Of a DNA stretch of 64,000 nt, positions 46,264 through 55,799 are shown piece after piece. A program made the position numbers and the translations under genes. The notes under the pieces were generated by a model. It was not told where the DNA came from. It did no database searches and saw only the letters and a list, made by a program, of their open reading frames with translations. Source of the stretch: an uncultured Planctomycetales bacterium (GTDB lineage: Bacteria; Omnitrophota; Gorgyraeia; Zapsychrales; JAHFFX01); assembly GCA_964372915.1 (NCBI GenBank), contig CAYJRN010000001.1:100305-164304 (forward strand), given 5' to 3'. Every line of letters begins with the position of its first letter. Positions within the stretch are counted from its first letter, which is position 1.

Positions 46264-47210
46264 CGCATCGCCTCCTGGGCGTAATAGGTAATGATGATGT
46301 CGGCCCCGGCGCGTTTCATCGCCGTCAGGGATTCCAGAACCGCGTCTTTCTCATTCAACCACCCGGCCATCGCGGCGGCCTTGATCATGGAGTATTCGCC
46401 GCTGACGCTAAAAGCGGCTATCGGAAGAGTGGTGTGATATTTGATCAGGGAAATGACATCGAGGTAAGCCAAGGCGGGTTTGATCATCAAGATATCCGCC
46501 TCTTCGCAGACATCCTGCCAGGCTTCTTTGAGAGCCTCTCTTGTGTTGGCATAATCCATCTGATAGGATTTGCGGTCCCCGAATTGCGGAGTGGAATCAA
46601 CAGCCGCGCGAAACGGCCCATAAAACGCCGAGGCATATTTTACCGCGTACGAGAGAATCGGAATGTGAATAAAATTATTTTTATCCAGACCTTGACGAAT
46701 CTCTTTCACCCTCAAATCCATCATGTCCGATGGCGCGACAATGTCGGCGCCGGCTTCGGCATGAGAAAGGGCGATCTTGGCTAAAACCGGTAAGGTTCTG
46801 TCGTTGTCCACTTGGCCGCCAACCACAATCCCGCAGTGACCATGGGTGGTATAGGCGCATAAACAAACATCGGTGATGACGAGGAGTTTCGGAAAAGTTT
46901 TTTTGATGGCTTTGAGGGCTTTTTGTACGATGCCGCCGGCAGAATAGGCCTGGCTTCCTTTAAAATCTTTCTTACTGGGAATGCCAAAAAGGATAACGGC
47001 TCGCCCGCCGACGGATTGATAGTGTTCAACGGCCCTAAGCAATCGATCGACCGAATAACGGTTAATGCCCGGCATGGAGTCGATCGCCTGTTTTTTTTGT
47101 TTTCCTTCCATAACAAAAAATGGCTGGATAAGCTCTGCGGTCGAGAGCCTCGTTTCCCGTACTAATGCGCGCAATGTTTCGGTTCTTCTTAATCTTCTAA
47201 ATCGTGACAT
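46242..47210 (-). CDS. hemB: Porphobilinogen synthase (delta-aminolevulinic acid dehydratase)
   Basis: RRLRRTETLRALVRET N-terminus, active-site lysine region, ~320 aa. Confidence 0.9.
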   Translation of the reverse strand: MSRFRRLRRTETLRALVRETRLSTAELIQPFFVMEGKQKKQAIDSMPGINRYSVDRLLRAVEHYQSVGGRAVILFGIPSKKDFKGSQAYSAGGIVQKALKAIKKTFPKLLVITDVCLCAYTTHGHCGIVVGGQVDNDRTLPVLAKIALSHAEAGADIVAPSDMMDLRVKEIRQGLDKNNFIHIPILSYAVKYASAFYGPFRAAVDSTPQFGDRKSYQMDYANTREALKEAWQDVCEEADILMIKPALAYLDVISLIKYHTTLPIAAFSVSGEYSMIKAAAMAGWLNEKDAVLESLTAMKRAGADIIITYYAQEAMRWLTEGP

Positions 47211-47257
47211 AAATTCTTACCCTTCATTGGGCTACCCAGTTAAATTCTCCTTTAAAA

Positions 47258-49375
47258 TCATCCGTAAACAACGGCAGAATTTTTATAGCCGGCTTGCCTT
47301 AAGGCTTTGCTTGTGGTCGGCCCTTTACTTAAAATCCGCCAGCCTGGGGGGATGGATCCATAATCCGCCAAAAAATTTTTAACCGTCGAAGGACTGGTAA
47401 AAAATATGGCATCGATTTCTTTAAGCGGCAAATCTTTTTTCCCGGGCTTAGTATTCTTGTAAATAGTCAGCTCCGTCACGTCCGCTCCGCGTTTAGTCAA
47501 TTCATTTTTAAGAAATGGATTGGGAAGCGAAGACCTTGGGAAAAGGATTTTCTTATCCTTAAGATTATACTTTTTAATCAGCTCTTCCAACAACCCTGCG
47601 CTCGTTTGAACGGCCGCAACAACCTTAGGCGTGACGCTGTGTTTTTTTAAAGCTGCGGCCGTCCCCTCGCCGATGACCGCAAAGTCAAACCTTAGAAGAT
47701 TGGCCAAATCCCCAGCGCTTCTTTTCAAAAATTCAAAAAAATGTTGGACAGCGTAAGGGCTGGTCAAAAGGATCAGGTCATACTTCTGTAACCTGTTGAC
47801 GATTCTTTGCGAGGTCCTGCGATCAACTTTCACGCTGGAAATCTTGATCAGCGGAAAATGAACGATGTGTCCCAGGGAACGGTACCTCTTAGGATGTGTT
47901 CCCAAATAAAGGATGTGATGATTGGGGAAAAGATTTCTCTCGCGCCCTTCGCGACCTCTCATTTCTACAACCGGCGGAACAATCGGGCGGCGCGAGAACT
48001 TAACCGTTTCTCCCACAATAATAAGAGCCGGCGGTTCAAGCTTATGTTCCAAAACAATCTTTTCAATATCAGCAATGCAGCCGGAAACGATTTTTTCTTG
48101 AAGAGTTGTGCCTTTGGAAACCACCATAACCGAAGCTTGAGAGCTCCAGCCGTTGCTCAAAAGTGACTTCACAATGATATTGAGTTTCGTGAGTCCCATT
48201 AAGAATACAATCGTATCGGCCGACGGGATCTTGACCTGTTTGGGATTCGCGCGGTCTTCGGCCTCTTCATGACCGCTGACAAACGCCACGGAGGAAGCCA
48301 CGCCCCGGGCGGTCAAAGGAATCCCTAACCCCGACGGAATTCCGGTCGCTGAACTGACTCCCGGAACGACTTCCACCTCAATGAAAAAAGAGCGCAGGTA
48401 ACCGAGCTCCTCCGCCCCGCGGCCAAAGATCAAAGGATCGCCGCCTTTTAGGCGCACCACATTCTTCCCGGCCATGGCCTTTTCTTTGAGCATCCGGGAA
48501 AGCTCCTCTTGCGGCAAGGCATGCTCTCCCTTTCTTTTACCGACGTAAATTTTTTGAGCTTTCTTGGCGTACCGCAAAAGCCTTTGATCAATCAGATAAT
48601 CATAAAAAACACAATCGGCGTGTTTCAAGGCGTTGATACCCTTGAGGGTGATGAGATCCGGGTCTCCGGGGCCGGCGCCGACAAGGGAAACCTTTCCATA
48701 GGTTTTACAAACATCAATAGCGGAGACTTTCGCCATCAAAATCCTATCGGCCGTACGGCCCACCACTGCCAACTGCCCTTGCAAAGGACTTGCCTCCCAC
48801 GGCATAATTTCGGTAATCAAATGCTCTAAGCCCAAACGTTTTAAAGCACAGGCGGCCACAATAAGCCCCTCAACAACACCGTGATCTAAAAGCGCCAGCC
48901 GTTCTTCAATCGTCCCGCGTACATCCACAAGTTGAACACCCGGATTCACGGCTTTCACGGCCCGCTGCCTTAAAAGACTGCTCGCCCCTACTTTCGCCCC
49001 GGCGGCCAATTGTGACAATTTCTTTTTTCCCACAAAGGCATCGGTCTTATCCAGCGCGGCAGTTAAAGCGAAAAGGCTCAAATCCGCTCTTAAGACCTCC
49101 GGCAAATCCTTGGCACTGTGAACCGCCAAGTCAATTTCGCCTTTTAAAAGCGCCTCATCCAAAGTATCGGTAAAGAAATCATCCGCCGGGCTCAAAGAAA
49201 GTGGCGTTGTTTTATCCCTATCCCCTTTCGTTTGATAAACCACGTGTTCGAAAATGAGTTTGACGCCCTTAGCCTTCAAAAAAGACAAAACTTCCTTGAC
49301 CTGCAGACAAGCCAGATGGCTGTCGCGCGATCCGATTTTGACAATCTTGGAGAGATTGATAAGGCCAGGACGCAT
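47258..49375 (-). CDS. Fusion protein: HemC-like N-terminal domain + uroporphyrinogen-III C-methyltransferase (CobA/SUMT) + uroporphyrinogen-III synthase (HemD)
   Basis: HemC-like part: KIGSRDSHLACLQ...GASSLLRQRAV...PLQGQLAVVG. SUMT part: GKVSLVGAGPGDPDLITLKG...VVRLKGGDPLIFGRG...VPGVSSA. C-terminal HemD part: ~245 aa. I place the start at the internal ATG 49375, because the 49504 start would overlap the upstream gene. Confidence 0.7.
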   Translation of the reverse strand: MRPGLINLSKIVKIGSRDSHLACLQVKEVLSFLKAKGVKLIFEHVVYQTKGDRDKTTPLSLSPADDFFTDTLDEALLKGEIDLAVHSAKDLPEVLRADLSLFALTAALDKTDAFVGKKKLSQLAAGAKVGASSLLRQRAVKAVNPGVQLVDVRGTIEERLALLDHGVVEGLIVAACALKRLGLEHLITEIMPWEASPLQGQLAVVGRTADRILMAKVSAIDVCKTYGKVSLVGAGPGDPDLITLKGINALKHADCVFYDYLIDQRLLRYAKKAQKIYVGKRKGEHALPQEELSRMLKEKAMAGKNVVRLKGGDPLIFGRGAEELGYLRSFFIEVEVVPGVSSATGIPSGLGIPLTARGVASSVAFVSGHEEAEDRANPKQVKIPSADTIVFLMGLTKLNIIVKSLLSNGWSSQASVMVVSKGTTLQEKIVSGCIADIEKIVLEHKLEPPALIIVGETVKFSRRPIVPPVVEMRGREGRERNLFPNHHILYLGTHPKRYRSLGHIVHFPLIKISSVKVDRRTSQRIVNRLQKYDLILLTSPYAVQHFFEFLKRSAGDLANLLRFDFAVIGEGTAAALKKHSVTPKVVAAVQTSAGLLEELIKKYNLKDKKILFPRSSLPNPFLKNELTKRGADVTELTIYKNTKPGKKDLPLKEIDAIFFTSPSTVKNFLADYGSIPPGWRILSKGPTTSKALRQAGYKNSAVVYG

Positions 49376-49397
49376 TGGGAAGGCTTTAAAATAGATT

Positions 49398-50081
49398 TTA
49401 CGCCTGCTCTGCTTTAGCAGGGATGGGTTCATGTGTACAACCGCGATGAGCGCAAAAAAGAGGAAAGGCGATGCCGCTGGCACAGCAAGGGACCATGACG
49501 GCAAAAACTACAATGATAAGAACTATTCCTAGGGAATGGATCCAATCCTGGACCCCAAAGGCCGTGAGATAAAGAATCGCCGAGAGACTGCTAAAAAGCA
49601 CATGGCCTGAATGCGAATACTCCGTGGATTTTTCAATGGCGCCCGGAATAAGAAAGCCCGTAATGACGCCCATCATCGCGAAAGGAACAACGATCCCGGG
49701 ATGTTCAATAAGGCAGATATGAACGGCCATATCCCCGTGGAGCAAAAAACGTCCGCCCAGATAAGGGAAGACGGCATCGCTCAAACCGCACACCACCAAC
49801 GACCCGCAGAATCCGACGAAAACGGCCTTTAAGAACCTCTTCTCATGTTTCCAGAACATGGCGGTCGTTGTCACCGCACTCAATAAAATATGACTCGCGT
49901 GAGAGACATGAAAGAATTCGCGAGCGGCATCTGCCAGAGAATCTTCCGCCCGCATCAGTATAGCGAAAAAGGTAAAAATCCCCATGAGCATGAGTCCCAT
50001 GGTAACCCCAAAGATGGTATAGGGAAGATGATGCCCCAGTTCCAGCAGAATATAGTTGAGTTTACTGTCCTTGCTGTTCAT
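49398..50081 (-). CDS. His-rich polytopic membrane protein, first gene of the heme-branch operon; function unknown
   Basis: Six hydrophobic helices with conserved-looking His/Cys (GHHLPYT, HVSHASH, HGDMAVHICLIEHPG). No confident family call. Confidence 0.35.
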   Translation of the reverse strand: MNSKDSKLNYILLELGHHLPYTIFGVTMGLMLMGIFTFFAILMRAEDSLADAAREFFHVSHASHILLSAVTTTAMFWKHEKRFLKAVFVGFCGSLVVCGLSDAVFPYLGGRFLLHGDMAVHICLIEHPGIVVPFAMMGVITGFLIPGAIEKSTEYSHSGHVLFSSLSAILYLTAFGVQDWIHSLGIVLIIVVFAVMVPCCASGIAFPLFCAHRGCTHEPIPAKAEQA

Positions 50082-50094
50082 TGACGCTCTTTTT

Positions 50095-50170
50095 GATTAT
50101 TAACCTTTTCTTCCTTAAAACCGTAAGCTCTTCTCCAGCTTTAGAGAGAGAAATTGAAATAATGGTGTCT
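50095..50170. repeat. Family R2 leader repeat, copy C (partial; 5' of the His-rich membrane protein gene)
   Basis: attattaaccttttcttccttaaaaccgtaagctcttctccag, then divergent. Confidence 0.6.
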
Positions 50171-50241
50171 ATTCTATTAAAAATCCCTTCCTCTTGCAAT
50201 GGAAACCTTGAGACGCCCATTGCCGCAAATTCGTGCAAAAT

Positions 50242-52326
50242 TTATTCCGCGATGAGTTTTTTAATTTCCGGCAGGGCTTTATAAGCGGCTTCTTCTCCGG
50301 CTCTTAAGAGCTTGTTGACTTGATAAAGCTCAAACCAATTAATGCCGGAAAGATCGGGATGGATGATGATGTCGGCCTGAAGGGCGCTTTGCTGGGCGAT
50401 GACATATTCAGTAGCCTGGAGCGTACGCACGATAATATCAGGGATGTTCGGCCAGAACACCCTGTAAAAAAATCTATTGATCCGAAAGCTCAGGTATTGT
50501 CGCGGCGATTTCAAAAATGGGATTTTCTCTTCTTCCTGGGCTTTTGCCCTGGCGAGCTCGTAGCCCTTCGCCACATCCACGGGCGACTGCAAGACATTGA
50601 CGGCAATGATCTTCTTGATGCCTAAAGCGGTCAGGACATTGGTCGGCAAAGGATTTAAAACGCCCCCATCGATGATGAGCCGATTTTTCTGCAAGACCGG
50701 TTTAATAACGCCCGGAATGGAAACACTTTTACGAACGGCATCAACCAGCTGTCCCTCTGAAATCACCAGCTCCTCCCGGTGCAAAAGGTCATAGGCTATG
50801 ACTTTTAAAGGAAAACGCGTGGAATGGAAGGTTTTATTCCCTAAATGTTTCTTAAGCCAACGCTCAATGCCCCGGCCTGACACAAAACCGGCTTTTGAAA
50901 TGACCAGATCAACGATCTTCCCCATTGCCTTTTTGCTTTCGAATTCTCGGGCTATTGTTTCCAGCTCATCGGCATTATTGCCAACGGCCCAAAGACTGGC
51001 GAGCAGAGCGCCCATACTGCTGCCAACGACGACATCGATAGGAATTTTTTCCTTTTCAAGAACGCGAATGACCCCAATATGGGCCACCCCCAAAGCCGCG
51101 CCGCCGCCTAAAACCAATCCCACGAGGACCCCTCCCACCCGACGGGCCAGTTGGGTCAGGGTCTTTGCGTATTCGCTCTGGGGGCTCGGCGTCAAAACCG
51201 TCATCAGATTTGAAACAACCGGTTGATTCAATTCGCCCGGGCTGATAAAAGGCAGCACGGCTGTGACTTGATAGTCGAGGACTTTGTTGACTTCTTCAAA
51301 GGAAAGATAACACTGGAGCTTAAGGCCACTGGTCAGCACCTGCACTTTTTCTTTATCGAAGTTTCCCTTTAGGACTCCTTTAAGCCTTTTGATGACATGC
51401 CCCGCCAGAAGTAAATCCTCTTTCTGATCGATGGTAATCAAATAAACATAGTCCGACTGCGTCAAGGTCTCCAGAACGACATCGTCCATATCATTGGGAA
51501 GGTCCACGACGACATAATGGTACTCATTGGCGAGGCTGCTGATAAATGTGCTGATCTGCCGAACTATTCTTTCATTTTGCGGGTTGATGAAGACGTTCAA
51601 GAGATCGACTTCGATATCGGCCTTGGTAATAGCCTGAGCGATTTTTTGATAATCCCCCACGATATCTTCGAGGTTAACGGCCGCCTTTTTCCATCGAGGA
51701 GTCGCGTCCGTCTTTTGAGAATTTTCTGTAGAAAACACATGCGGGCCGTTAGAGATGCTGACAAAAATAATTTTCCGAGTGGTTTCTTTCGCCAAAGCCA
51801 GAGCCAGGTTGACGGCGAACGTGGAGCTCCCCGAGCCTTTCACCGGACTGTACACGGAAATGACGGTGCTTTCGAAAATGGATTTGGAACGAACCACCTG
51901 ACTGCGGACCCGGCGGGAAAGACTACGGCTGAATTCAATGCCAAGATGGGGAATACTTTTGAGGATATTGAGAAAATCATCCTTGTTGATTTTAAGGATC
52001 ACGGAATCGTTGAGGGCCTCAAAGGTCAAAGAATGCTCTTCCCCGGTCAAAAGCGAGATGATCCCGAAATGCATTCCGCGCAAGAGAAGCTCAACGTTTT
52101 CTTTGCTACCGTTGGGGCGGGTCTTGTAAGCCTGCAGACGTCCCGAGACCAGGCAATACAGAGCATCCGGGGGCGCCCCCTCCCGGGAGATGATCTCGCC
52201 TTTTTTATATTCCGCAAAACTGCATTTGGCGGCAACCGCGTGCAACTCAAACCAATTCAATTTGCTGAAAATGGGTATTTGCTTGACGACGGAATATTTA
52301 TGAGTGATTTGTAAAAAAGAGGACAT
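50242..52326 (-). CDS. Three-domain protein: cyclic-nucleotide-binding domain + degenerate ParA/CpaE-like domain + patatin-like phospholipase
   Basis: N-terminal cNMP motifs (FAEYKKGEIISREGAPPDALYCLVSGRL). Middle domain: VISVYSPVKGSGSSTFAVNLALAL with a non-canonical P-loop, plus YVVVDLPND. C-terminal patatin motifs: GLVLGGGAALG...GSSMGAL (GxSxG), with the catalytic Asp further on. Confidence 0.72.
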   Translation of the reverse strand: MSSFLQITHKYSVVKQIPIFSKLNWFELHAVAAKCSFAEYKKGEIISREGAPPDALYCLVSGRLQAYKTRPNGSKENVELLLRGMHFGIISLLTGEEHSLTFEALNDSVILKINKDDFLNILKSIPHLGIEFSRSLSRRVRSQVVRSKSIFESTVISVYSPVKGSGSSTFAVNLALALAKETTRKIIFVSISNGPHVFSTENSQKTDATPRWKKAAVNLEDIVGDYQKIAQAITKADIEVDLLNVFINPQNERIVRQISTFISSLANEYHYVVVDLPNDMDDVVLETLTQSDYVYLITIDQKEDLLLAGHVIKRLKGVLKGNFDKEKVQVLTSGLKLQCYLSFEEVNKVLDYQVTAVLPFISPGELNQPVVSNLMTVLTPSPQSEYAKTLTQLARRVGGVLVGLVLGGGAALGVAHIGVIRVLEKEKIPIDVVVGSSMGALLASLWAVGNNADELETIAREFESKKAMGKIVDLVISKAGFVSGRGIERWLKKHLGNKTFHSTRFPLKVIAYDLLHREELVISEGQLVDAVRKSVSIPGVIKPVLQKNRLIIDGGVLNPLPTNVLTALGIKKIIAVNVLQSPVDVAKGYELARAKAQEEEKIPFLKSPRQYLSFRINRFFYRVFWPNIPDIIVRTLQATEYVIAQQSALQADIIIHPDLSGINWFELYQVNKLLRAGEEAAYKALPEIKKLIAE

Positions 52327-52327
52327 G

Positions 52328-52510
52328 ATTTATTAACCTTTTCTTCCTTAAAACCGTAAGCTTTTCTCCAGCCGCCAGAAGAGAAAAGGTAATACATGGC
52401 TTCCCTAGAAACATATTGTGGAAGCCAGTACTGCCTTCCATAAATTCCTTTTTTGAGAGAAGGCATGTATTGACTTCCACATACGGCGCTAATAGTGGAG
52501 AGATCAATAA
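52328..52510. repeat. Family R2 leader repeat, copy D, with a nested R1-type hairpin insertion (GGCTTCC...GGAAGCCagtac)
   Basis: atttattaaccttttcttccttaaaaccgtaagcttttctccag ... (insertion) ... gtattgacttccacatacggcgctaatagtggagagatcaata. Confidence 0.65.
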
Positions 52511-52513
52511 AGG

Positions 52514-54358
52514 CTATTTGATGATATCGTTCTCAAGCCAGATGAACTCATCGAGCAGGACTTTTTTAGCGACCTGTAAATTGTCTTTTTCAGTCGAATT
52601 GCCTTCATATTTGAAATGCTCTTCGATGCGTTGACGCGCTTGTTGACAAAAAAGATCGGCAAGCTCCAAAGCATTCGCCTGCCCTTTTTTTATCAAATGG
52701 TCGGCGTAGGTACAAACCGAAGAGATGGCAAAAAGCTCGCACCCTATATCGACAACGCGGTTGAGAACGCTTTGCCGGCTTTCCAATTTTTTCTGATAAC
52801 GCAGCATCTGATGAAAGATATTCCTGGCCAAATGTCGAGAGGCAGAAGCGGCATAAGTCATGTGACGAGCCAAGGGTTGAGGCAGATCGTAATGAGGAAA
52901 GGATGGCAGCCATAGTTTTGGATACCAGGTCGCGTAATAAACGGCCGCCGCCCAAAAGGCTTTCAATTTCTCGCCGCCGGAAGTCCTTGAGCTTAAAAAA
53001 ACCTTGCCGCGCGAAAGATGCGGGTCCAGCGCTTCGCGGGCAATGAAAAGATGCATAATCTCCGAAGTTCCTTCAATGATAAGATTGATGCGAACATCGC
53101 GCATCACCCTCTCCACGGGCCAATAATCCGCGCCGCGGCCCTTCAGCGATGAAGACTGTTCATATCCCGAGCCGCCGCGGATCTGCAAAGTCTCGTCGAC
53201 AATCTTCCAACTGTGCAGCGTGCAGAAATATTTGGCGATCGCCGCCTCAAGACGAATATCTTTTTTCTTATCATCGGCCATGGCGGAGGTAAGCCAGTTC
53301 ATGGCATCCATCGCGAAGGTGTGGCTGGCGATAGTACCGATCTTGAGCGCAATACTTTCGTGTTCGCCGATCGCGGCTCCCCATTGTTTGCGTTTCTTGG
53401 ACCACTGACGGGCGACGTACAGACACCATTTCGAAATTCCCGTTGAGGCAGCCGGAAGCGTGAGTCTGCCCGTATTGAGCGTCATCAAGGCAAGCCTTAA
53501 CCCTTCTCCTTCGCCGAGGATAATATTCTCCCTGGGGACTTTCACGTTTTTAAAACGGATGAGCCCATTTTGGATGCCGTGCAAACCCATGAACTGGCAA
53601 CGGTGCACAATTTCAAAGCCCGGAGAATTGGTTTCGACAATAAAAGCCGTGATTTGTTTTTGTTCTTTGCCGTGAATGATTTTGGGAGGGGTCACGGCCA
53701 TGACGACAATAACGCCCGCCACCGGGCCGTTGGTACACCAGAGTTTTTCTCCGTTAATGAGGAAAGATTTGCCGTCTTCGGTTGGGATGGCGGTGGTTGT
53801 CATCTGACGAGGGTCTGACCCCGCCTCTAACTCAGTCAAGGCAAAGGCGGAAATCACCCCATCGCCGAACATCGGTAGATATTTATGTTTTTGCTGGGGG
53901 GAACCAAAAAGTTTCAAAGGCTGCGGGACGCCAATACTTTGATGAGCGGATAACAGAACGGCCGTGGAGCCGCAGTAGCTCGCCACTAGATGAATGGCGC
54001 GGTTGTAATTGATTTGACTAAAGCCCAGGCCTCCGTATTCTTTGGGGATCTTGATGGCAAAGGCCTTAAGACTCCCTAGACCCTTATAAACTTTTTCCGG
54101 GATAAGACCGGTGCGATCCACTTCATCGGGGTCAAGGTTTTCTCTTAAAAAAGCTTCAAGTTTTTTAAGATACACATCACCGGCCCGGCGATCGTCGGCG
54201 GGTTGTTCGGGGAACGGGTGAATGAGCGGCCAATCGATAATGCCGTGAAAAAGTTTTAAGGCAAAACTGGGATACTTCCATTCGGTTTCCCTGGATGCCT
54301 CGGCGAATTCCAAGGATTCTCTTTTCTCGGCGCTGATATTCTTGTCGAACATGCTCAT
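52514..54358 (-). CDS. Long-form acyl-CoA dehydrogenase (FadE/AidB-like, 614 aa)
   Basis: ACAD N, middle and C domains, plus an extended C-terminal region. Confidence 0.78.
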   Translation of the reverse strand: MSMFDKNISAEKRESLEFAEASRETEWKYPSFALKLFHGIIDWPLIHPFPEQPADDRRAGDVYLKKLEAFLRENLDPDEVDRTGLIPEKVYKGLGSLKAFAIKIPKEYGGLGFSQINYNRAIHLVASYCGSTAVLLSAHQSIGVPQPLKLFGSPQQKHKYLPMFGDGVISAFALTELEAGSDPRQMTTTAIPTEDGKSFLINGEKLWCTNGPVAGVIVVMAVTPPKIIHGKEQKQITAFIVETNSPGFEIVHRCQFMGLHGIQNGLIRFKNVKVPRENIILGEGEGLRLALMTLNTGRLTLPAASTGISKWCLYVARQWSKKRKQWGAAIGEHESIALKIGTIASHTFAMDAMNWLTSAMADDKKKDIRLEAAIAKYFCTLHSWKIVDETLQIRGGSGYEQSSSLKGRGADYWPVERVMRDVRINLIIEGTSEIMHLFIAREALDPHLSRGKVFLSSRTSGGEKLKAFWAAAVYYATWYPKLWLPSFPHYDLPQPLARHMTYAASASRHLARNIFHQMLRYQKKLESRQSVLNRVVDIGCELFAISSVCTYADHLIKKGQANALELADLFCQQARQRIEEHFKYEGNSTEKDNLQVAKKVLLDEFIWLENDIIK

Positions 54359-54414
54359 GCGGGGGACCCTTTTATGTTCAGTATAGAAGCTTTGAGGATA
54401 AAATCAACGCTGGC

Positions 54415-54705
54415 CTACTCTTTCTTTAAATACTGTTGGGCGAGCTGCGGCACATCTTCTATTCTCACGCCGCTGTGCCAAACGTCATCAGGATAACTCA
54501 TGATGTTGACGCCTAGGCTGCATTGGCCTAAACATTTGGCTTGGGCCACACGCACTTTGGGGTGAAGCCCTCGTTCTTTGGCAATCCGACGGAACTCTTT
54601 AAAGACGGCCTCGGCTTGATGATCGCCACAGCTGGGGCTTTCTCCTTTGCGGTCATTGGTGCAGACGAAGATCTGTTTTTGGAAAGGAACCTTGTCGGTT
54701 TTCAT
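54415..54705 (-). CDS. Thioredoxin-like [2Fe-2S] ferredoxin
   Basis: 96 aa; CTNDRKGESPSCGDH...CLGQCSLGVNIM fits the thioredoxin-like Fdx cysteine pattern (C..C...C..C). Confidence 0.55.
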   Translation of the reverse strand: MKTDKVPFQKQIFVCTNDRKGESPSCGDHQAEAVFKEFRRIAKERGLHPKVRVAQAKCLGQCSLGVNIMSYPDDVWHSGVRIEDVPQLAQQYLKKE

Positions 54706-54720
54706 TCGTTCACCTCGATT

Positions 54721-55785
54721 TTAGCGGTTAGCCTGCCGGACGGGCAGGCTAACCGCTTTTTGTTTCAGCCATACTAGCGTCTCGATATGCTTCGTCTTCG
54801 GAAAAAAATCAAACGGCATAACCTGCACAATCTTCCAGTTACCATTCATGAGAACTTTAAGATCTCGCAGGAGGGTTTGAGGATGACAGGAAAGATACAG
54901 GATATTGTTTAAGGCCGCCGACTCATTGAGAGTCTTCAGGACCTCCGGCGATAAACCAGCCCGAGGCGGATCGATCATCACAGCCTTGGAATTTCCGGCC
55001 TCATGCGCAAGAACAGACGGCAATTCGTCTTCAACTCGACCGGCCTTCATCGAAACATTTTTAAAATCCTGATACTGAAGATTATGCTGTGCCAGCTTGA
55101 AAGAAGCCTTCGATTCCTCAATCATAACAACCTTTCTTACTTTGTCCGCCAGCATCAAGCCAAAGAACCCGACCCCTGAGTACAAATCAAAAAAAACTGT
55201 TTCCGAAGACCAGATGTTGAGGGCTCGAATCCTTTCAATCAGCAGCGGTAAAATCGACAAATTCGCCTGAAAAAAAGTGTCCAGAGAATAGAAAATCCGC
55301 CGGCCGTTCACTTGGGTCCAAAGATAATCCTGCGGATCAAGTCTTAACGAGTGCCGTCCAACCCCGCCCCAGAACACACGATTGTCATCGCCGGTTCGCA
55401 CAACCAGATTGGCCACATGGTAACGGCTGGGCAGTTTTTCCGTAATCTCTTGCTTAAGCGCCGGGATAAACCCTGAGATCGATTTTTTGGCGATAGAACA
55501 AGCGCTAATGGGAACCATCCGATTGCGGCCTGGGGGTGAAAACCCGACGAAGATCTGATTTTCTTTGGTCTTCAAGAGCTTGAGATCCAGACGATTGCGG
55601 TAATGATACGCTTGAGGAGACGGCAAGATCGGTTCGAGAAAATGGGCTTCTAACCCAATTTCTTCTTTAAAAAGCGATTCCAGCTGGATTTGTTTGATGT
55701 TAAGCTCATCCTCATAAGCAATATCCTGATACTGGCATCCACCGCATTCACCAAAAACCGGACAAAGAGGTTGAGTATTCGTCAT
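54721..55785 (-). CDS. rlmD: 23S rRNA (uracil-C5)-methyltransferase RlmD/RumA family (TRAM + Fe-S + MTase)
   Basis: N-terminal CPVFGECGGCQYQ cysteine cluster; SAM-MTase motifs LYSGVGFFGL; C-terminal nucleophile region. Confidence 0.78.
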   Translation of the reverse strand: MTNTQPLCPVFGECGGCQYQDIAYEDELNIKQIQLESLFKEEIGLEAHFLEPILPSPQAYHYRNRLDLKLLKTKENQIFVGFSPPGRNRMVPISACSIAKKSISGFIPALKQEITEKLPSRYHVANLVVRTGDDNRVFWGGVGRHSLRLDPQDYLWTQVNGRRIFYSLDTFFQANLSILPLLIERIRALNIWSSETVFFDLYSGVGFFGLMLADKVRKVVMIEESKASFKLAQHNLQYQDFKNVSMKAGRVEDELPSVLAHEAGNSKAVMIDPPRAGLSPEVLKTLNESAALNNILYLSCHPQTLLRDLKVLMNGNWKIVQVMPFDFFPKTKHIETLVWLKQKAVSLPVRQANR

Positions 55786-55799
55786 AGAAACCGCGGGGC

